Shown in pieces: positions 13,022 to 25,255 of a stretch of 64,000 nucleotides of DNA. The notes under the pieces are model-generated. The model was not told the DNA's origin, searched no databases, and was given only the letters and a program-made list of their open reading frames with translations. Position numbers and translations under genes: made by a program. This stretch comes from Octopus sinensis (Eukaryota). Position 1 is the stretch's first letter; each line of letters begins with the position of its first letter. The stretch is from NCBI RefSeq assembly GCF_006345805.1, contig NC_042999.1, positions 109,492,001 to 109,556,000 of the forward strand, in the 5' to 3' direction.

Positions 13022-13340
13022 TTCAAATATATATTTATATATGAGGGTGCATGGCTTAATAGTTAAGCTATTTGGCTCACAATCAAAAAGATTTTAGTTC
13101 AATTTCCTGTGGAATTGAGCAAAACACTTTATTCTGTTACTCCAGTCCACTCAGCTAGCAAAAATGAGCTGTTCAATGGGCCAGTCTTGTCACATTAGGC
13201 ATGTCCTACTGAATCTCTCTCAGAACTACATTTAGGGTATGCATGTCTGTGGAGCGCTCAGCCACTTGCACATTAATTTCACAATCAGGCTGATCCATTG
13301 ATCAAATAAACTGGATCACTTATTTTCATAGCTAATGGAG
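13022..13340 (+). mobile_element. tRNA-derived SINE, family C (decayed)
   Basis: Head gagggtgcatggcttaatagttaag...gttcaatttcc; body gtctgtggagcgctcagccacttgcacattaatttcac shared in reverse with 15290-15655 and 42615-42945. Confidence 0.75.
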
Positions 13341-15242
13341 AGGTGGGTTTACAAAAATAGAGGTGTGTAATTTTAAGAACAGGAAATCTTCATAATCTTT
13401 TATACACTGTTGTATTAGCAAATCCTCAGACATTTAAATATCATGCAAATAAGATTGCATGTAAAAAAGTAAAGCTCCTCCAAAAAATAAACATATTACA
13501 ATATCTTCAGAAACTTAAATCCCAATATTGGTTTCAGAATTAATATATTTGGTCAGGGTTAAATATGTTAGAGATCCTAAGTCAGAATACCAAATGCAAT
13601 TTTGCTTGTGAAAAACATTTACTAAATTCAGAAGATTTCATAACTTTATATCTCTTGTCTATAGGTTCTTAAAATTCACAGGAGTTCTGAAGATGTTCTA
13701 TGAAAAGTTCAGGTGAAACCAAAACGTAATTATAAGAACTAAAATCCTTGTGATTTACTTGCTCTTGTGTAAAAGATCCAATGTCCATGATTGCAAATAA
13801 ATGATGCTTATTTTGATCATAATTTAATCTTAGGTGAGAAAGTCCTGGAATTATACATATACTAATTTTTTAATGCACCACTTCAGAAATACCAAATAGA
13901 AATTATATTCAGTATACTGTTCTAGAATGCCTAACATACAAGAAACGTAATTGACTGTACAACCTTTTATGATGAAATGGGAAATAGTCAACTCTAGAGA
14001 CTAAAGTTTTCAAAATCAAGTTTTAATTACAGACCTTTCAATAAAGTAAATGATAATGCAAATTAATTTTAAAACTAATTTCCAAAAAAGAAAAAAATAT
14101 CACTATTCAAAAAAAAATTTTGTGAAAAATGATAAAATTCACTGTTCTTTAGAATGGTTAATTCGCTAATTTGACATATAGTCTAAGAATCAAATCCATG
14201 TAAAATAATCACATTAATATTCTCATAACAGCAAACTGTCTATGAAAAAATAACATTAAGTGGGACAAAACTTTCTGAAAAGTTTGTTTAGAATTAACTT
14301 TAGATTTCTATGTAATATTTGTTACATGGGAAAATCATTATCACTCATTTATTCTTCAACCAGATAACAGAATTGAGAAGCTGGTTTGAAAATGAGATTC
14401 TCCTTTTATGTCTAACTTCTGGTATCAGTGATAAATTGTCCCTTGGTAGTATGATGTAGCAAGCTATTGTAAGAAGATTATTGAAAGAGAAAAAAAAATT
14501 CAGTCCACATATATAGGTTCTAAAAAAAGGAAAGATGATAAGAAGACAGTGTAGATGATTTATTACATGTGTTAACAAGCAGCCTGAAGACTCCACACTA
14601 CAGACAATAATATAATCCTACCACTGTGAAACACCACGTTTTCATCATTGTTAGTAATACAGATTTTCAAAGATGTGGAGGAGTTGAAGAAAATAGTCTG
14701 ATTAAATTTTAACCTTGAGACAAACAATATGGCTTTTGCATCCCAACTAAGCAATATTCTTCCAAGACCTGAGGAAATTATTTGCTTTTAAATTTAGTTT
14801 TTTTCAGTTAATATGTCAGTTACTAATTTAAAAAAAAAAGCAAATATATATATATATACAATGATGATGATGATGATGATAATGATGATGATATATATAT
14901 ATATAAGTAGTTGAATGAATTATCTTGATATGAATAATTCGGTTAACCGATACCTGGGTAGCAAATTCACATCAGAGAAGACACGTTTGAAGTTACGTGC
15001 TTTCGTGTGGAAATTTGTATGCTTTTTTTTTTAAATATAAATATATGAAAGAATTTTGTTAATTCGTCGTTCAACTCCATTCTTTCATATATTTATATAT
15101 ATATGTATATATATATATAAATACAGGATGACCTAAAAGTCACATAGGGGTCTAAAATTTTCATTAATTTTTTCAATTACATTTTTTTTATTTGTAATTT
15201 ACAAAATGTGACTCTTCACTCCTAATGTACATATATTTCCTC

Positions 15243-15287
<45 letters not shown>

Positions 15288-15289
15288 TG

Positions 15290-15655
15290 GCATTCTGTGG
15301 CACTCTGACAACGAGAGTTTCAGTTGATCTGATCAACGGAACAGTCTGCTCGTGAAATTAATATGCAAGTGGCTGAGACACATGTACTTTTAACGTAGTT
15401 CTTGGGGAGATTCAGTGTGACACAGAGTGTGACAAAGCTGGCCCTTTGAAATACAGGTACAACAGAAACAGGAAGAAAGATTGAGAGAAAGTTGTGGTGA
15501 AAGAGTACAGCAGGGTTTGTTACCACCCCCTGCTGGAGCCTCGTGGAGCTTCAGGTGATTTCACTCAATACACACTCACAATACCCAGTCTGGGAATTGA
15601 AACCACAATCCTACGACTGGACGTCCACTGCCCTAACTACTGGCCCATTGCGCCT
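15290..15655 (-). mobile_element. tRNA-derived SINE, family C
   Basis: Minus-strand head ggcgcaatgggccagtagttagggcagtggacgtccagtcgtaggattgtggtttcaattccc (A and B boxes) and the conserved family C body. Confidence 0.82.
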
Positions 15656-15913
15656 CCACACACACATACTGTATGTGGTGTTAAGTTATCGTAAATTTAA
15701 AACAGCATAAATGAATTATTAACACCTTATTGACTTTTAGGTTGAAAAAACGATGATGATTAAAAATCGATTTTTTTAAAATTCCAAGTGCATAAGTGAC
15801 CACATAGGCATTAGCCCCACTCATGTGTCAAGTTTCATCAAGGTCTGTAGGATAGTATTAGAGGAATTAAAGTAACAAATTCACAAACACACAAACTTGT
15901 CATTTATTATTAT

Positions 15914-16314
15914 TGCAGGAGTGGCTGTGTGGTAAGTAGCTTGCTAACCAACCACATGGTTCCGGATTCAGTCCCACTGCGTGGCATCTTGGGCAAGTGT
16001 CTTCTGCTATAGCCCCGGACGACCAATGCCTTGTGAGTGGATTTGGTAGACGGAAACTGAAAGAAGCCTGTCGTATATATGTATATATATATATGTATGT
16101 GTGTGTATGTGTTTGTGTGTCTGTGTTTGTCCCCCTAGCATTGCTTGACAACCGATGCTGGTGTGTTTATGTCTCCGTTACTTAGCGGTTCGGCAAAAGA
16201 GACCAATAGAATAAGTACTGGGCTTACAAAAAGAATAAGTCCCGGGGTAGAGTTGCCCGATTAAAGGTGGTGCTCCAGCATGGCCGCAGTCAAATGACTG
16301 AAACAAATAAAAGA
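15914..16314 (+). mobile_element. tRNA-derived SINE, family A, with a CR1-like LINE inserted in its tail
   Basis: A box TGGCTGTGTGGT, B-box-like GGATTCAGTCCC, full body and 3' stem-loop; taaaaga duplicated at 16308-16314 and 17829-17835. Confidence 0.92.
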
Positions 16315-17715
16315 CACAGATCCCTCGCAGTCAACTATTGCCCAATCTCACTCACCTCCCACTTCATTAAAGTGTTTGAAAGAGTGTTAAGATCAAGGAT
16401 AGCTGACTTCCTGGAGACCCACAAACTCCTAAATTCAAATCAGCATGGCTTTCGCTGTGGCAGGGACTGTCTAACACAGCTCTTACACTACATTGAAGAT
16501 GTACTCAAAGCCTTGGGAACAGGTTCGAACTCTGATGTCATATATCTTGACTTCAGTAAAGCGTTCGACAGGGTAGACCATAACATCCTACTCTCAAAAT
16601 TGGCAAATGTTGGAATCCGTGGAAAAGTTCTACACTGGATTAAGTATTTCCTGGCGAATAGAACACAACATGTTGTAGTTGATGGAGTCCACTCAAACCC
16701 AGCAAAAGTCACCAGCGGTGTTCCCCAGGGAACTGTTTTGGGTCCGCTACTCTTCATAATTTATGTAAACGACCTTTCCAGTGTCGTACATTACTGCAAA
16801 GTGAAAATATTCGCTGATGACACTAAGCTCCAGCAAATCGTCAATGAAGAAGCAGACCGAACTCAACTCCAGTCTGATCTATATGCTGTGAGTCAATGGG
16901 CAGACAGAAACAAAATGCAACTGAATGAGGGAAAATTTGAGCTGATGCATTTTGGAAGAAATTCCTCACTAAAACAACCATACTCTCTTCCTTCAGGGGA
17001 ACCGCTCACAGCCTCTAACAATATCAGAGACCTGGGTGTAATTGTTGATGACGATCTCAGTTGGAGTGCACACATCAACAAGAAGGTCGATATAGCTCGT
17101 AGGATGAGTTCCTGGATCTTAAGAACTTTCCGGTCCAGGGAACAAGGTGTCATCATACCACTTTTTTCCTCCTTTGTACGGCCACACCTTGAATACTGCT
17201 GCCCACTGTGGTCTCCTCACACAAGACAAAACATCTCCAGAATTGAGTCACCCCAGAGGGCTCTCACTAAACAAATTGAAGGCATGGCTGCTCTCGATTA
17301 TTGGGATCGCCTTAAGGCCTTGAAACTTTACTCCCTCCAGCGTCGCCATGAGCAGTACATCATTTGTACGATGTGGAAAATATACCGCCAACTTTGCCCA
17401 AACGACCTAAACATTAGCTTCAAGGTTCATCCAAGACTTGGACCACGGGCTATACGTCCCCTGCCCAATTCAAGATCACAACATACATGTACACTGCAAC
17501 ATAATTTCTTTTCCTCAACAGGCCCTGCTCTATTTAACATTGTCCCGAGGGAGATCAAAGAGGAAAAGGATCCCATCAACTTTAAACAGAGTCTGGATAG
17601 ATTGCTTCAAAGAATACCAGATAAGCCACCCATAATTGGATACAACTCACTCAACAAGAACTCACTACTTGAACAAAACTGGATACAACTCACCCAACAA
17701 GAACTCACTACTTGA
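16294..17715 (+). CDS. Uninterrupted non-LTR reverse transcriptase ORF (473 aa from the ATG), no endonuclease domain
   Basis: Motifs NYCPISLTS, NQHGFR, YLDFSKAFDRVDH, SGVPQGTVLGPLLF, FADDTK, DLGVIVD, VRPHLEYC; the first ATG lies in the upstream SINE. Confidence 0.85.
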   Translation: MTETNKRHRSLAVNYCPISLTSHFIKVFERVLRSRIADFLETHKLLNSNQHGFRCGRDCLTQLLHYIEDVLKALGTGSNSDVIYLDFSKAFDRVDHNILLSKLANVGIRGKVLHWIKYFLANRTQHVVVDGVHSNPAKVTSGVPQGTVLGPLLFIIYVNDLSSVVHYCKVKIFADDTKLQQIVNEEADRTQLQSDLYAVSQWADRNKMQLNEGKFELMHFGRNSSLKQPYSLPSGEPLTASNNIRDLGVIVDDDLSWSAHINKKVDIARRMSSWILRTFRSREQGVIIPLFSSFVRPHLEYCCPLWSPHTRQNISRIESPQRALTKQIEGMAALDYWDRLKALKLYSLQRRHEQYIICTMWKIYRQLCPNDLNISFKVHPRLGPRAIRPLPNSRSQHTCTLQHNFFSSTGPALFNIVPREIKEEKDPINFKQSLDRLLQRIPDKPPIIGYNSLNKNSLLEQNWIQLTQQELTT

Positions 17716-17828
17716 ACAAAACTTGACTTAAACAGGATTCGAATAATCCTATCAGGTGGTGCTATTAAGTTAGACATGGCCTGGACCAATCTTTGGTCGA
17801 AACATATCTAAGTTTATCTAAGTCTAAG
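16315..17828 (+). mobile_element. CR1-like LINE, 5'-truncated just upstream of RT
   Basis: RT ORF, 3' UTR stem-loop (17775-17805), (tctaagt)-type tail, 7-bp putative TSD taaaaga. Confidence 0.92.
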
Positions 17829-17835
17829 TAAAAGA

Positions 17836-17880
<45 letters not shown>

Positions 17881-17900
17881 ATATAGATAGATAGATAGAT

Positions 17901-17940
<40 letters not shown>

Positions 17941-18075
17941 ATAGATGCATATATATATATATATATGCATGCATAAATACATACATACTTATATACATAC
18001 TTGCATGCATGCATACATACATACATACATACATACATACATACATACATACTACATACATACATACATACATCA
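17836..18075. repeat. (TA)/(TAGA)/(CATA)n compound microsatellite
   Basis: Directly visible. Confidence 0.95.
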
Positions 18076-18076
18076 T

Positions 18077-18478
18077 ATTTTATCTTTTACTAGTCATTCA
18101 CTAGTCTGTAGCCAAGCTGGGGCACAGCCTTGAACACGTTTTAGTTGAATGAATCAACCCTAAAACTAATTCCTTTTAAGCCTGGTACTTATTTCATTAG
18201 TCTTTTTCCCCAAACTGCTAAGTTATGGAGACATACACACACCAACATTGGTTGTTAAGTAACTGTGGGGGACAAACACAGAAACAAACACACACACACA
18301 CATGCACACATGTATATACATACAATGGAATTCTTTCAGCTTTCGTCTACCAAATCCACTCACAAGACTTTAGCAGCTCAAGGCTATAGTAGAAAATAGT
18401 TGTTTAAGCTGCCATGTAGTTGGACTGAACCTAGAACCATGTGGTTGAGAAGTAACCTTTTTAACTCACAGTCACATC
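18077..18478 (-). mobile_element. SINE family A (diverged)
   Basis: Reverse complement of the family A body, e.g. ttcgtctaccaaatccactcacaag and ggactgaacctagaaccatgtggttg. Confidence 0.85.
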
Positions 18479-18741
18479 TATATTCTGTAGACTACAATCT
18501 AGAACTTTCATTTCCATCTACTGGATTCCTTTTAATAAATCCAATGAATTCAGCATTAAGAAAAAATTCGAATTAAATCATTTAATAATCATAAACACAA
18601 AATTCTGAATATTTTCTGTTTAGGGAAGACTAATGCTGTAAATCCCTTTTCTTTTTAAGGCTTTTTCCTACATAGAACACTTAAAGTTGCTGTTTTACTG
18701 ATTTAATTGCAATTGTTAAGAATTATTTTTGAACATGTATC

Positions 18742-18965
18742 TATGAGGTGGGGTGGCTGAAAATTTCCTGGATTTAAGGGTATTGTGAAAGGTCTGGTTG
18801 AAGACCCAACCTTCTGTGTTCTTTTTCAGGGCTTAGAAAAATTAAAGGACTACTGCAATAAGTGCGTGAATCTGAGATGGGAATATATTGAATGAAATCA
18901 TAATTAACTGATCATCGTGTATTTTCTTTTACCCAAAGCCAGGAACTTTTCGACATCTCCTCATA
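18742..18965 (+). mobile_element. Mariner-derived MITE
   Basis: Imperfect TIRs tatgagg..gctgaaaatttcctggattt and aaagccaggaacttttcgacatctcctcata with TA ends. The interior encodes QGLEKLKDYCNKCVNLRWEYIE*, the mariner transposase C-terminal pattern G..L..R..KCV...G.YVE*. Confidence 0.8.
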
Positions 18966-20344
18966 CTTGCTTGCCTGTCTTCTTATCTGTCATTCTATCT
19001 ATTATACAATATACACTTGCACTTCCTTACATATTTTTAGAGATCTTTCTTTCTTGCCATCAATGATAGACTATAAATGGCATTTCCACATAGAACCATA
19101 AAAAGGTGATATTTATGCTAAAACAAGATTCTCTGTTTTACAGTATCCATTGATATTGAGATTAACTGGATAAAAACTTTGTGCATTTACCTATATTTTC
19201 AAAATGCTAATTAATAATACCTTGAAAAAACTAGTGAAAACTGACTACTATCCATAGAAACAAATGTGTTGTACTCTTTGACCTTTCTAAGATAACAAAT
19301 GATGGTGACAATACTCTGGAGTATATCATCTTAAATACAATCAAACATCAAAGTCTCTAAGTCTTCTATGAATATCATCAAAATTTTCTTTAAGCCACAT
19401 AGTAACACTTTAAATAAGAAAAGATATATTATATAGTACTATATATGATCAAAGGCATTCCATTTGTAACCATTCTGCCTTTGTGTGTGAGTTGAGGGAG
19501 ATTTGGCTGCTATTAAAGAACTGCATCAAGGTTTTCTTAGATACATAATAAGGCAAGATGGTCACAACAAGGATGTCATTGATCAGTTGTCTTATTGATC
19601 TGGATGCTATGCTCGGCAACCATGTGGCTCATAAGCCACATGATTATCATGCCTATAACTACTATTTCTTTTATGCTATTTTACTTCTTCAGCCTTTGTG
19701 TGTTTTGACCTTTTCTCTAACTTATCCTATATTCTCAATGCCTTACAGAAAATCTATTCATACACCTAAACAATTAGTCTCGGGGAAAAAAAGATCAATA
19801 ATGACATAGCTCTGATTTATTAAATCTGAAATTAAAGGAGGAAATAATAAAAGTGACAAATGATTTTACAAAGCTGACAATCATCTTTGAAAATAGGAAA
19901 AAAGTTAATTTGGAGAATATTGAACTGTATATTATAATGAGGACTGGAAATACTTCTGTAGAAATTGATTTAACTCTTAAAGAAATATCTTTGCTATTGT
20001 CATATTTATCTGGTTCTACTTCACTCCATCAAAACTATCTGTTGCTGATGATGATGATGATGGGCGAGAAAAGCATTCATCCTCTATCACTAGTGACTAC
20101 CGATTGAAAATAGTGTCCAGTATACTAGGGTTGTTACTGATTCCTAAGAATAGAGTTTGACAGAAAGGAGTGTTTGATAGAAATATTCAGGTGGAAAAAT
20201 TAACAGAGTTGTTTGAGCAATGGATAGAACGTCTCATGGTATTTGTTTCAACACACTGACTTGAAACAAATGTATTCTGGGTTCAAAGCCTTCTTAGGTA
20301 AACTTTGCCTTTAATTTATTCAGGGTCAATAAAAATGTACAAAT

Positions 20345-20725
20345 GTAGTGTGGTGGATTCTTTGTGATCGTTGCCAGTGTCACCTGACTGGCTCCTGTGC
20401 CAGTGGCACATAAAAAGCACCATTCGAGCATGGTCACTGCCAGTGTCACCCCACTAGCTTCCATGCCAGTAGCATGTAAAAAGCACCATTTGAGCATGAC
20501 CAATGCCAGTACCACCTGACTGGCCCTCATGCCAGTAGCATGTTAAAGCACTCACTACACTCTCGGAGTGGTTTGTGTTAGGAAGGGCACCCAGCTGTAG
20601 AAAGTTTGCCAGATGAGATTGGAGCCTGGTGCAGCCTTCTGGCTCACCAGCTCTCAGTCAAACCGTACAACCAAGCCAGCATGGAAAGTGGACGTTAAAC
20701 AATGATGATGATGATGATGATGATA
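20345..20725 (+). mobile_element. RTE LINE 3' UTR fragment with (GAT)n tail; a similar decayed piece lies at about 22025-22335
   Basis: cagctgtagaaa...ccagcatggaaagtggacgttaaacaatgatgatgat is the sense version of the RTE terminus seen elsewhere. Confidence 0.82.
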
Positions 20726-21134
20726 ATGATAAGACTGTCAGACTGAATCCCTTGGTAATAGTCCCAATTCCTTGTCTCATGCAACTTAACACTTTGTTGC
20801 AAGCAGTTGGGTCAGTTCGTTAGGTCAAGGATATCTTCCTCCTTCCCACCAGGTTTTGACTATAAGATAAAAAAAGAAGTATTAAAATTAGTAGTCTCAA
20901 AGTTAGTTAGTATGTAGGGATAATTGATGAATGCTTTTGAAGCATAGTTTTCTCATTAATATTGTCAATGTATTATTAAGTTTGTCATTGCCTTAACTTC
21001 TATCATCTGAAACCTATCTGAAGTCATCTGAAGCCAATATCAAAAAAATAGTATTATATTTCATTAAACAGATTTATAGTTAGTTCTTTCCATGCCATGA
21101 GATATATAAGGCCACAAATCAGCTCTGTTTTATG

Positions 21135-21440
21135 CCAATATTCTGGCCTCATTCCAGCTTCTCCTTTCCTTGCCAATGGTCCTTCACCATGTTTTCTTAG
21201 GGTGCCCTGCTGCTCTTTTCTCCTCTGGCTGCCACTTTAGCACCACCATACAATTGCCTTCTCGATCTTGTCTGAGAACATGTCTGATCCAGTTCCAGCA
21301 TTTGCATCTTATTTCATCACTGATCCTGTTGATGCCCATTATTGTCTCAATTCCACCATTTTAGATTTTTTGCAGCCACTTGATCTCAAGTATTCTCCTT
21401 AAGTATGTAAGTTGAAAGATGTCCATAACATCTTTCTTCC
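21135..21440 (-). mobile_element. RTE-clade LINE of a different family, C-terminal ORF relic
   Basis: My translation: FQLTYLRRILEIKW...RCKCWNWIRHVLRQD...LKWQPEEKRAAGHPKKTW*, which fits the RTE C-terminal pattern LRRIL.I.W / WIGHVLR / W.PEG.R..GRP..TW. Confidence 0.75.
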
Positions 21441-22439
21441 ATTTTTGTCACTTTCCAGTTTATACTATTCTAATAATTCTTTCTACTGCAGGTACAAGTC
21501 CTGAAATATTTGAGAATGGAACTAGTTGATTACATTGACTCTAGTGCTTGATTGATACTTATTCTATCATCACTGAAAGGATGGATGAAAGACAAAAATC
21601 AATCTTGGTGGAATTTGAACTCAGAACATAAACATAACAGAAATGCCTCTATGCATTTTGTCCATTCTGCAAGTGATTGTACTTGTTAACTGCCTTGTTG
21701 TCATTTCCCAATAATAATAATGTTTAGTTACATAAGCATCTCAGGCCCTCTCTTCAATCATACTCTTGTACTTTTCATTCACCTCTTCTGGTCCTTCTTG
21801 CTCTTAGTCTCTTTTCTCTTCTCCTCAGTCACATTATTGAATGTACATGTCTTAGAACAGTGAGTACTCTTTTCACTTACATTGCACAAAGCAACACCTT
21901 CAGTATTGGTGCCACTGAGAAAGGTTACCCATCTCTCTACAAGTGTGCACTTCAAGATAGTTGACTAGTAAGCAGGTAAAAGGTAGAGTTGAGCAGCCCC
22001 TTTAGTTGTGTTTTGCTGAGGATTTAATGACCTCTCAAGTGTTGGTGCCATGAAAAATGCCCCCACTGTGCACTGTGAATTGAGTAGTAAATGGACAGAA
22101 AAAGTTTGGTGTTGAGTAGAGCTTTTAGTTTTATCTTGTCAAGAGTATGACAACCCAGTATAATCTGTAAAGTGACACATAGAAAGGGCATCCAGCTGTA
22201 GAAACCAAGCCAAAATGATATGTACAAACAGCTGACTATAAGAGCAGTGGCTACCAATAAAAACTGATTTGAGCGATGATGCTCCATCCAATCCATGTCA
22301 TCATGGAAAGTGAATATGAAGTGATGATGATTATCACCATCATACTTTTACCTAATCAAGTTTTTCTTCCAGGTTTCTGGTAGTTTTTTGAGAAGGTTGA
22401 TTGCCCATATAGGTGTTTGTCTTCTCTTGATTCTCCTTG

Positions 22440-23462
22440 CAACTGCAACTGGTGATACAATGAGTGATCATTCAGGAACAACAGTTTTCTGATACTACTC
22501 GTTCTTCAGAGTTCTTCAGAGTTCTTCAGAGCAGAAAGCCTTCCAGTGGCTTTTGGTAGCACAAGTGAGGCAACAAGATTTTCTGTCCAGTATCCTGAGT
22601 AATATAGCTTTCAGCTAAACACCAACAATGGACTATAGCTTCAGGATGGCCTTGTGGTTTTGAGGGGGCATAAAAACTTTCAAGTTTAAGCTAACCTCAC
22701 CTGTTTTCGTATCATTCCTTACTATTTCTGCACTTAATGCCCATCCAAACCACGTTACAATGATAAATCAGAGGTTAATATCACTTGCTTTATACCTGAC
22801 TGTTATGCTGCCTCATCTACTAGGGCACAAGCTGATGGGTGATTAGCCCTCAAATTCTGATTGTTTACAGAAGCCTTGTCTTTGCTCTAAATATCAGGTA
22901 GATGTTACCATATGCTTTTCTTTCTTGATATATATGATACTGGCCCAGACATCCACTAGTGTTTTCTTTAATCCTTTTGATATTATTGAAAAAGTAGCCT
23001 TTCTTTTGTGAGACACAGGTATAACAATTTCCTCCTTGCCAATTTTTATGTATTCTTCATGCAAGAAGATTATAATTTTACAATGCACGGCTTCTGCTAC
23101 TCCACTTTGGCAAATTCAGTCTTCATATCAAGCACTTCAGTACTGGAGGCAGCTTGAGCAAAACTAACTCCATGTATTGCTGATGACATTTCTTTGTGTG
23201 TGTATGTGTATATGTGTGTGTATGTGTATGTGTGTGTACTTATGCACATGCGTGCACATGTGTGTGTGTGCACACTAGTGTTGTTCTTGATTGTGTCATC
23301 ATTTAAAAAGTTATGAGAATGTCCAAATAACATATTTCTCATTTCTGAAAACACAAATTTTTCCATATTTACAACAGGAGACAATTTTAGCAGATCAGGC
23401 TTGTTATTATTCTGCTTCACAATAGCAGAACGAACATTTTCAATTTTTGCTTGGGGAGGCAT
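22440..23462 (-). pseudogene. Decayed ORF relic, possibly from a DNA transposase
   Basis: Near-collinear frames 23097-23462 and 22894-23088, then VTWFGWALSAEIVRNDTKTGEVSLNLKVFMPP and YWTENLVASLVLPKATGR, with stops, frameshifts and an inserted (TG)n. The family assignment is only a recalled resemblance. Confidence 0.3.
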
Positions 23463-24238
23463 TGTCTCTGATGTTCAACATTATTACATATGAAGTCAAA
23501 TAAAATGTTCAAAAGCAACTTCTTTGTTTTTGTTTTTTAGCAAATGTCAATGAACTAAAATAAGCTTGCCTTGTAAAACTTTTACCGTGACATAAAACAA
23601 TAAATAATCCAAATTCAATACAAAAAATTCTTGGAAACACTCATAATCAACAGCAAGAATTAGAAGAAGTATATCTCTTCAGCAGGACAACAAGAATAAA
23701 AATAATGAAAATGATAACAATCCTTTCTAAATAGACACAAGGTCTGAAGTTTGGAGGAGGGGGATAGTTGATTACATCGACCCCAGTGCACAACTGGTAT
23801 TTATTTCATTGACCCTGAAAGGATGACAAGCAAAGTAGACCTCAATGGAATTTGAACTTAGAACATGAGGACAGATGAAATACCTATTTCTTTACTACCC
23901 ACAAGGGGCTAAACACAGAGAGGACAAACAAGGACAGACAGACGGATTAAGTCAATTATATCAACCCCAGTGCATAACTGGTACTTATTTAATCAACCCC
24001 AAAAGGATGAAAGGCAAAGTCGACCTTGGTGGAATTTGAACTCAGAACATAGCAGCAGATGAAATACCGCTAAGCATTTTGCCTGGCATGCTAATGATTT
24101 TGCCAGCTCATTGCATTAATAATAATGATAATAATAACAATAATTAGTTGCAGGTATGTAGTTTGCCACCAGTAACGATGATATTTATTATTATAACTGT
24201 AATTATTATTTTTAAACATGTAAAAATATAGACATATA

Positions 24239-24605
24239 GGCACAGGAGTGGCTGTGTGGTAAGTAGCTTGCTTACCAACCATATGGTTCCCATTGCATGG
24301 TACCTTGGGCAAGTGTCTTCTACTATAGCCTTGGGCTGACCAAAGCCGTGTTAGTGGATTTTGTAGACAGAAACTGAAAGAAGCCTGTCATATATATATA
24401 TTATATATATGTGTATATGTTTGTCCCCCCACCATCACTTGACAACTGCTGTTGGTGTGTTTACATCCCTGTAACCTAGCAGTCTGGCAAAAGAGACCAA
24501 TAGAATAAGTACTAGGCTTACAAAGAATAAGTCCTGGGGTCGATTTGTTTGACTAAAGGTGGTGCTCCAGCATGGCTGCAGTCAAATGACTGAAATAAAT
24601 AAAAA
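24239..24605 (+). mobile_element. SINE family A
   Basis: Full head, body and 3' stem-loop gcagtcaaatgactgaaa. Confidence 0.9.
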
Positions 24606-25100
24606 AAAGTATATTTTTAATGAATAACTTGTTTTCAGTTTTATGGCTTAAATATACTTCTGGTATCAACTTTGCCAGCATTAACAGGTTGATGAAGTTT
24701 TTTATGTTAATGATAATACTGTGTAACATGTCAGTATGTGCATCTCTGGTCATGTGCAGGAATAGTGGAGGAGCATCATAGCCATGTGTTGAGAAGGATT
24801 CCTTGGGGTTTATATAAATGTAACAAAAACAAAGTCTGAGGGAAATATTAGCTAATTTTCATACTTGCTAAGGGTAAAGAAATAGGAAATGATAGTTGCT
24901 ACCTAAGGACAAAGATCGTGTCACACAGTGTTATGTAAATGAACAGATTAAATACATACTCCTAAATACATTTCAACACTTCAAAAAAAAATATCAATTA
25001 TTCCAGAAGTATTTCTCGTAAAACAGTTTTTTGAAACATTAAGCAGTGTCTATTTCTACCTCTTTTTAAGTTAAATGTACACACAAATCACTGACACAGA

Positions 25101-25255
25101 CAGGGCCAGCTCAGGATACGGGCAACCAGGGTTGTCATGTGCTAGTGGGTGCCAAGGAGGATTGTGACAAAGACAGAGAAATTTCCATGACCATCAGCTT
25201 GTACATATCAAAGTTCAGCTTGCCTGGGGTGCCAGCAAACCTAGGGCCAGCCCTG
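25101..25255. mobile_element. 155-bp hAT-type MITE
   Basis: Imperfect TIRs cagggccagctcagg and cctagggccagccctg; exact 8-bp TSD gacacaga at 25093-25100 and 25256-25263. Confidence 0.85.

Noticed and set aside
13687-13715. CTGAAGA tgttctat GAAA
   Set aside because: No stem II and no stem I; chance match.
14965-15010. Hairpin cacgt/acgtg flanked by GAAA and CTGATG on the minus strand
   Set aside because: The A15.1-U16.1 pair and NUH triplet cannot be formed, and the core is incomplete.
15914-15985. tRNA-like sequences with A and B boxes (also at other SINE heads)
   Set aside because: They run straight into SINE bodies and I could not fold a full cloverleaf; they are SINE heads, not tRNA genes.
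19853-20107. 84-aa ORF
   Set aside because: AT-rich, no motif, and it ends in a (GAT)n repeat.
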